DNA of 64,000 bases, from contig LBVV01000007.1 of assembly GCA_000993275.1 (NCBI GenBank), positions 57,290 through 121,289 of the forward strand, given 5' to 3'. The DNA comes from a candidate division CPR2 bacterium GW2011_GWC2_39_10 (lineage in GTDB: Bacteria > Patescibacteriota > CPR2). A program made the position numbers and the translations under genes. The notes under the pieces were generated by a model. The model did no database searches. It saw nothing but the letters and a program-made list of their open reading frames with translations, and was not told where the DNA came from. Shown here piece after piece: positions 59,830-64,000 of the stretch (positions are counted from its first letter, which is position 1; every line of letters starts with the position of its first letter).

Positions 59830-60921
59830 TTAATTTGTGGGCTCAAAGGAAGCAATCATAGCTCGAACATTATCGCGACTACCTTCAAAATCTAATTGAT
59901 CGGCACCGTACATAAGCATATATGCCTTTGATCCAACAACAGTATAAGCCAACAATGCTTTTCCACTACTTTTACCGTCAGACATAGAAAAAATCATTTG
60001 TTTGGCTTTCTTACAACCCATTTTAATATCTTCTTTTTTCTCTAGCTTATAACCTTCAATAGCCGTGGCAAAGGAAGCTGTAATTTCCGCTTCAGCTTTA
60101 TCTAAATCTTTGCTATCCCCCGCTTTTAAATCTGAAGTCATAACCATAACAATAGGAAATGGGAAAGATTTTGAGGATTCTGCTGAAGCGGCAGAAAAAT
60201 TACTACCTGATGCAAACATAATCATTTTTGCTTTAGAACTACCAACTTCAACATATTCCCAATTTCTTGGATAACCAATTTTAATGCCAGAGCTAGAACT
60301 TTCATATTGCCTTTGATCACTTGACAAATTAACACCGCAAAAAAGAGAAAAACCGTCTGCTTTTTGAAAACCAAAAAAGCCAAGACCGACAAAGACAACG
60401 ATTGCAAAACCAATAGCAATGCTTCTACCAAATTTCTTATCACCCCGCTGGGCGTCCAGCATTGCTTCCTGAGTCATAATTTGATCCTGCGACCTGGGAG
60501 ACGGATAAAGATCCTGATTGCCGTACCCAAGCGAGCCGGAAGCACCCACTGAAGGGGCGTTTGGCACCGAAGCATTAGAAGAACTTGCGTTCACATCAGG
60601 AATTTTAGGGTATTCGGCCGGCCCCAAAGAATTAGTAAAACTTTGTGTAATGACATTATTTTGCGGCGTGCTACTTGACGTTTGTGCGCTTGCCGAAATA
60701 TTGCCGTGGATTGTTTCTAACGTATGGTTGGCGTCGTTATCATAAAGGTTTTGAGGCATAACAGAATTTGACGCACCGCTTAAAACATTAACCGCTTCGT
60801 CAATTTCGTTTTCAGGATAGCCGGAACCCAAAAGCGCTGCTTTTAGCTCTTCTACATTATATTGATCTTTATTTTGAGTTAAATAAGTTAGTATTTGCTG
60901 GTTAGCCAACGACCCCTCCAT
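59830..60921 (-). CDS. Hypothetical membrane-anchored protein: low-complexity linker, TM, PsbP-like C-terminal domain
   Basis: S/N/P-rich region, TM, 'IGYPRNW...MIASF' pattern. Confidence 0.65.
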   Translation of the reverse strand: MEGSLANQQILTYLTQNKDQYNVEELKAALLGSGYPENEIDEAVNVLSGASNSVMPQNLYDNDANHTLETIHGNISASAQTSSSTPQNNVITQSFTNSLGPAEYPKIPDVNASSSNASVPNAPSVGASGSLGYGNQDLYPSPRSQDQIMTQEAMLDAQRGDKKFGRSIAIGFAIVVFVGLGFFGFQKADGFSLFCGVNLSSDQRQYESSSSGIKIGYPRNWEYVEVGSSKAKMIMFASGSNFSAASAESSKSFPFPIVMVMTSDLKAGDSKDLDKAEAEITASFATAIEGYKLEKKEDIKMGCKKAKQMIFSMSDGKSSGKALLAYTVVGSKAYMLMYGADQLDFEGSRDNVRAMIASFEPTN

Positions 60922-60964
60922 GTCCTCTAAGAAGCATATATTTTTACGGTAATTTATGCAATAC

Positions 60965-61789
60965 TTATGCTTCCTTATAAGCTTGAATGACGTTTTTCAT
61001 TAACGAAACAACTGTAACCGGCCCAACTCCCCCGGGTACAGGAGTAACGGCAGCGGCTCTTTTTTTGGCTTCTTTAAAATCAACATCACCTACTAATCTG
61101 TTGCCAACTTTATTAACGCCAACGTCTATAATAACCGAACCGTCTTTTATCATATCCGCCGTAATTAAATTTGGTTGTCCGGCAGCGCTAATTAAAATAT
61201 CCGCCCTCTTGCAAAGAAATGCCAAGTCCTCGGTTTTTTCATGACAAATAATAACGGTAGCATCAAGGTTAAGAAGAATATTAGCCGTTGGTTTTCCTAC
61301 TAAATTACTTTTTCCTACAATTGTAACAAGACGTCCGGTTGGATTAATTTCGTAATAATCCAAGATCTCAATTATGGCCATTGCCGTGGCCGGATATAAA
61401 GAATTTTTTCCCATAAACATTTTGCCTAAATTTAGAGCAGTCAAGCCATCTACGTCTTTTTTGGGAGAAATACTTTGAGTTATGCGATATTCATCGAAAT
61501 GAGTTGGGAGAGGCAACTGAACTAAAATTCCCGAAACCTCTTGGTCATTATTTAAAATTTCAATCCGAGAAATTATATCGGCTTCATCAATGTCTTGAGA
61601 AAATTTAAACAATTCAAAATCGATACCGATTGCTTTAGCCGTTTCTTCTTTAATCTTAACGTAAGATTCGGATGCCGGATTATCGCCAATTAAAATAACG
61701 GCAAGCTTCGGCTTAGAAGCCAACCATTTTAGTTCTTTTTTCAAGTTCTCATAAATAGAACTAGCAACCTTTTGCCCATCAAGAATCAT
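60965..61789 (-). CDS. folD: Methylenetetrahydrofolate dehydrogenase/cyclohydrolase
   Basis: 'VQLPLP', 'KDVDG', 'PVPGGVGPVT'. Confidence 0.97.
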   Translation of the reverse strand: MILDGQKVASSIYENLKKELKWLASKPKLAVILIGDNPASESYVKIKEETAKAIGIDFELFKFSQDIDEADIISRIEILNNDQEVSGILVQLPLPTHFDEYRITQSISPKKDVDGLTALNLGKMFMGKNSLYPATAMAIIEILDYYEINPTGRLVTIVGKSNLVGKPTANILLNLDATVIICHEKTEDLAFLCKRADILISAAGQPNLITADMIKDGSVIIDVGVNKVGNRLVGDVDFKEAKKRAAAVTPVPGGVGPVTVVSLMKNVIQAYKEA

Positions 61790-61822
61790 TTATAATTTCC
61801 GTTAACCAGAACCTATAATACG

Positions 61823-63163
61823 CTATTTTTCTTTATTTTTCAACTTGATTTGATGCTCTTTTTCTTTAAAGGAGATATCTTGCTTGCCTCGCCTTATGTC
61901 CCAATCATCCGGGTCTAAGTCGCTATGCAAGGTTAACTCCGGTAGAACTTTTGCCAAAGCATCATTCATTTTTAAAGCCACTACTCTTAGAGCCGGATGA
62001 ACGGTTTTTCCACTCCGAAGCTCTGTTACATAAACGGCCGCCATAAGACCATAAGTCACACGGCATGCCACATTAAAACCCATGGCAATGTAATATTGTT
62101 TTTCTTCCTTCGATGCATTTAGTTCTTCAACTGCAAATTTTTGCTTACTAATTAATTTTTCGGCTTGTTTTTTTAGATTTTCCGGCAGCTGACTTAAATA
62201 CCAATCGCTAAAACCAAGACCGGTAGTAAGTAGGGGCATTCGGCAGACGCCGTTTCGATGACGCTGAAGATCCCTAAAACAACCAAAATCTAATTTAAAT
62301 TCGAAAGTTATATTTCCAAACTCAGACAAAAATTGAGGCAAATTTGTTTTCGGCGGTCTATTTTTTAACAAATCTTTATATTTTTTCAAGCCATTTTTAT
62401 CTAAATTATCTATTAGTGAAAAATCCGGAAAACCTTCTGGATATTCAAAATAAGAATAGTTTTGAGAAGCATATTCCCGATATTTTTCGGTCTCCGGATA
62501 TAATTTATGACAAAAACTTTGCGGATATTTAACCTTTAATTTATCTATCATTTCCTTTGCAACGCCACTCACTTCTTCTAACGGATGATATTTAAGTAAC
62601 GAAAGCTTGTCGTAAGCTTGACGCAAATTGGTGTGCCAACTAAGCTGGGTGGCAATTCCGGCCGGCAAAAAACCTCTTAAGATATCAAAAGCCCGCGCCT
62701 TTAGCGCTTTTTCATAAACACTTTCTTTTTCATCTTTTTTGATTGGATATTTTTGGCGAAGATGCTCTTCAAGCAACGCAAAACTATTTAAGTAAAAATC
62801 CATCCAATTTACGAGAATTTTTTTAGAATCATGAGTGCTAACAGGATCAATAATTGGCTGCTTTGACATATCCACATATCTGGTGCTGGTTTCTTGACCG
62901 CTATATAAAGGCCAATCCTGAATTGCCTTATCAGCCAAAGTGCTTATACCTTCAATAAACAAGGTCGTACTTCCACAATCAGCGATACTGGAGTGCCCGT
63001 ATCCAACATAGAATTGCTCCATAAAATTGCCGGAACCTGTCTCTTGAACCTTTTTTACATGACTGGTCACACTCATTGGGCTTCTGGAATAAAGAGCCTG
63101 CAGCATTGCCGTATCTTGAGGACTAAACTCGTCATAAATAAAAACCTGCGCTTTTTTGCTCAT
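61823..63163 (-). CDS. thyX: FAD-dependent thymidylate synthase, long two-domain form
   Basis: 'YGHSSIAD', 'QETSTRY', 'FRDLQRHR', 'ELRS'. Confidence 0.8.
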   Translation of the reverse strand: MSKKAQVFIYDEFSPQDTAMLQALYSRSPMSVTSHVKKVQETGSGNFMEQFYVGYGHSSIADCGSTTLFIEGISTLADKAIQDWPLYSGQETSTRYVDMSKQPIIDPVSTHDSKKILVNWMDFYLNSFALLEEHLRQKYPIKKDEKESVYEKALKARAFDILRGFLPAGIATQLSWHTNLRQAYDKLSLLKYHPLEEVSGVAKEMIDKLKVKYPQSFCHKLYPETEKYREYASQNYSYFEYPEGFPDFSLIDNLDKNGLKKYKDLLKNRPPKTNLPQFLSEFGNITFEFKLDFGCFRDLQRHRNGVCRMPLLTTGLGFSDWYLSQLPENLKKQAEKLISKQKFAVEELNASKEEKQYYIAMGFNVACRVTYGLMAAVYVTELRSGKTVHPALRVVALKMNDALAKVLPELTLHSDLDPDDWDIRRGKQDISFKEKEHQIKLKNKEK

Positions 63164-64000
63164 TTTAACTCCCCTCCGGGAACAGGATATCTCAGGATCA
63201 TATCTTCAACCTCTGCCCTAACCCTTTTGGCAACTGCTTCGTCATTTAAGTTGTTTATAATTTCTAGGATCCAATGAGCGATTTTTATCATCTCATCTTC
63301 TTTCAGCCCTCTAGTCGTTACTGCTGCCGGACCGATTCTAATGCCGCTAGTCAAAATCATCGGTTGAGGATCATTGGGAATCGCGTTTTTATTAACAGTA
63401 ATTCTTACCCTATCAAGCGCATTCTGAACTTCTTTGCCGGTAACCAACTTATTTCTTAAGTCAATTACAGAAAGATGATTATCGGTGCCGCCGGTAACCA
63501 ACTCAATTCCGTCATCTAACGACAATTCTTCTGCCAAAGCCTTGGAGTTTTTAATAACTTGTTTTCCATATTCTTTAAATTCCGGCTTAAGGGCTTCACC
63601 AAAACAGACCGCTTTAGCGGCAATTATATGCTCTAAAGGGCCGCCCTGAATTCCCGGAAAGACTGCTCTGTCAATTTTTTGAGCCAACTCTGCCGTACTC
63701 ATAATAAAACCAGATCTAGGCCCCCGTAAGGTTTTATGAGTTGTAGAGGTTATAACATCCGCATGACCGACAGGCGTTGGATGCAAACCAACCGCCACCA
63801 AACCTGCGACGTGAGCTATATCTGCCACAAAATAAGCCCCAACTTTTTTAGCAATTTCCCCGAATATCTTAAAATCAATTATTCTGGGGTATGCAGTTGC
63901 GCCAGCAATAATTAACTTTGGTTTTTCTTTTACGGCAAGTTTTTCAATTTCGTCATAATCCAAAATGCCAGTTTTTTCATTAAGTTTATACGGCACAACA
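63160..64000 (-). CDS. glyA: Serine hydroxymethyltransferase, C-terminal part (5' end outside window)
   Basis: 'TTHKTLRGPR', 'FPGIQGGP', 'GGTDNH', 'SGIRIG'. Confidence 0.97.
   Translation of the reverse strand, partial: VVPYKLNEKTGILDYDEIEKLAVKEKPKLIIAGATAYPRIIDFKIFGEIAKKVGAYFVADIAHVAGLVAVGLHPTPVGHADVITSTTHKTLRGPRSGFIMSTAELAQKIDRAVFPGIQGGPLEHIIAAKAVCFGEALKPEFKEYGKQVIKNSKALAEELSLDDGIELVTGGTDNHLSVIDLRNKLVTGKEVQNALDRVRITVNKNAIPNDPQPMILTSGIRIGPAAVTTRGLKEDEMIKIAHWILEIINNLNDEAVAKRVRAEVEDMILRYPVPGGELK

Noticed and set aside
780-63459. Many antisense or nested ORFs in the track (e.g. 2990-3583, 58721-59092)
   Set aside because: Shadows of well-supported genes, with no independent motifs

Overview
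64 kb of an AT-rich bacterial chromosome using the standard code. Gene content suggests a Patescibacteria/CPR lineage (inference): sigma-region-4/HTH protein, VirD4-like ATPase, stand-alone receivers, GT-C glycosyltransferases and a reduced dcw cluster. Most genes are housekeeping: scpAB, der, pth, dprA-topA, dcw (mraZ-ftsL-ftsI-mraY-ftsW-murG-murC-ftsQ, no rsmH), recO, cysS, recR, dnaB/dnaX, tgt, tmk, rplJL, folD/thyX/glyA. An accessory stretch (~29-40.5 kb) ends at tRNA-Gln and holds lexA/umuD-dinB, an IS66 relic, REP-like palindromes and a tRNA 3'-end duplicate. The most notable signals are non-coding. (1) An ORF-free ~235-nt unit (4424-4660, minus strand) with two sigma70 promoters and a terminator; its apical arm is complementary over 23 bp to the structured mraZ-ftsL spacer 17 kb away, a candidate trans-acting sRNA for the cell-division operon. 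(2) An attenuator-like leader on a lytic transglycosylase gene. (3) A dif-like 11-6-11 site where gene orientation flips. (4) An E. coli-like -1 frameshift signal in dnaX. (5) A 163-bp MITE-like hairpin in three copies. No CRISPR array or rRNA was seen. All structures and alignments were made by eye.
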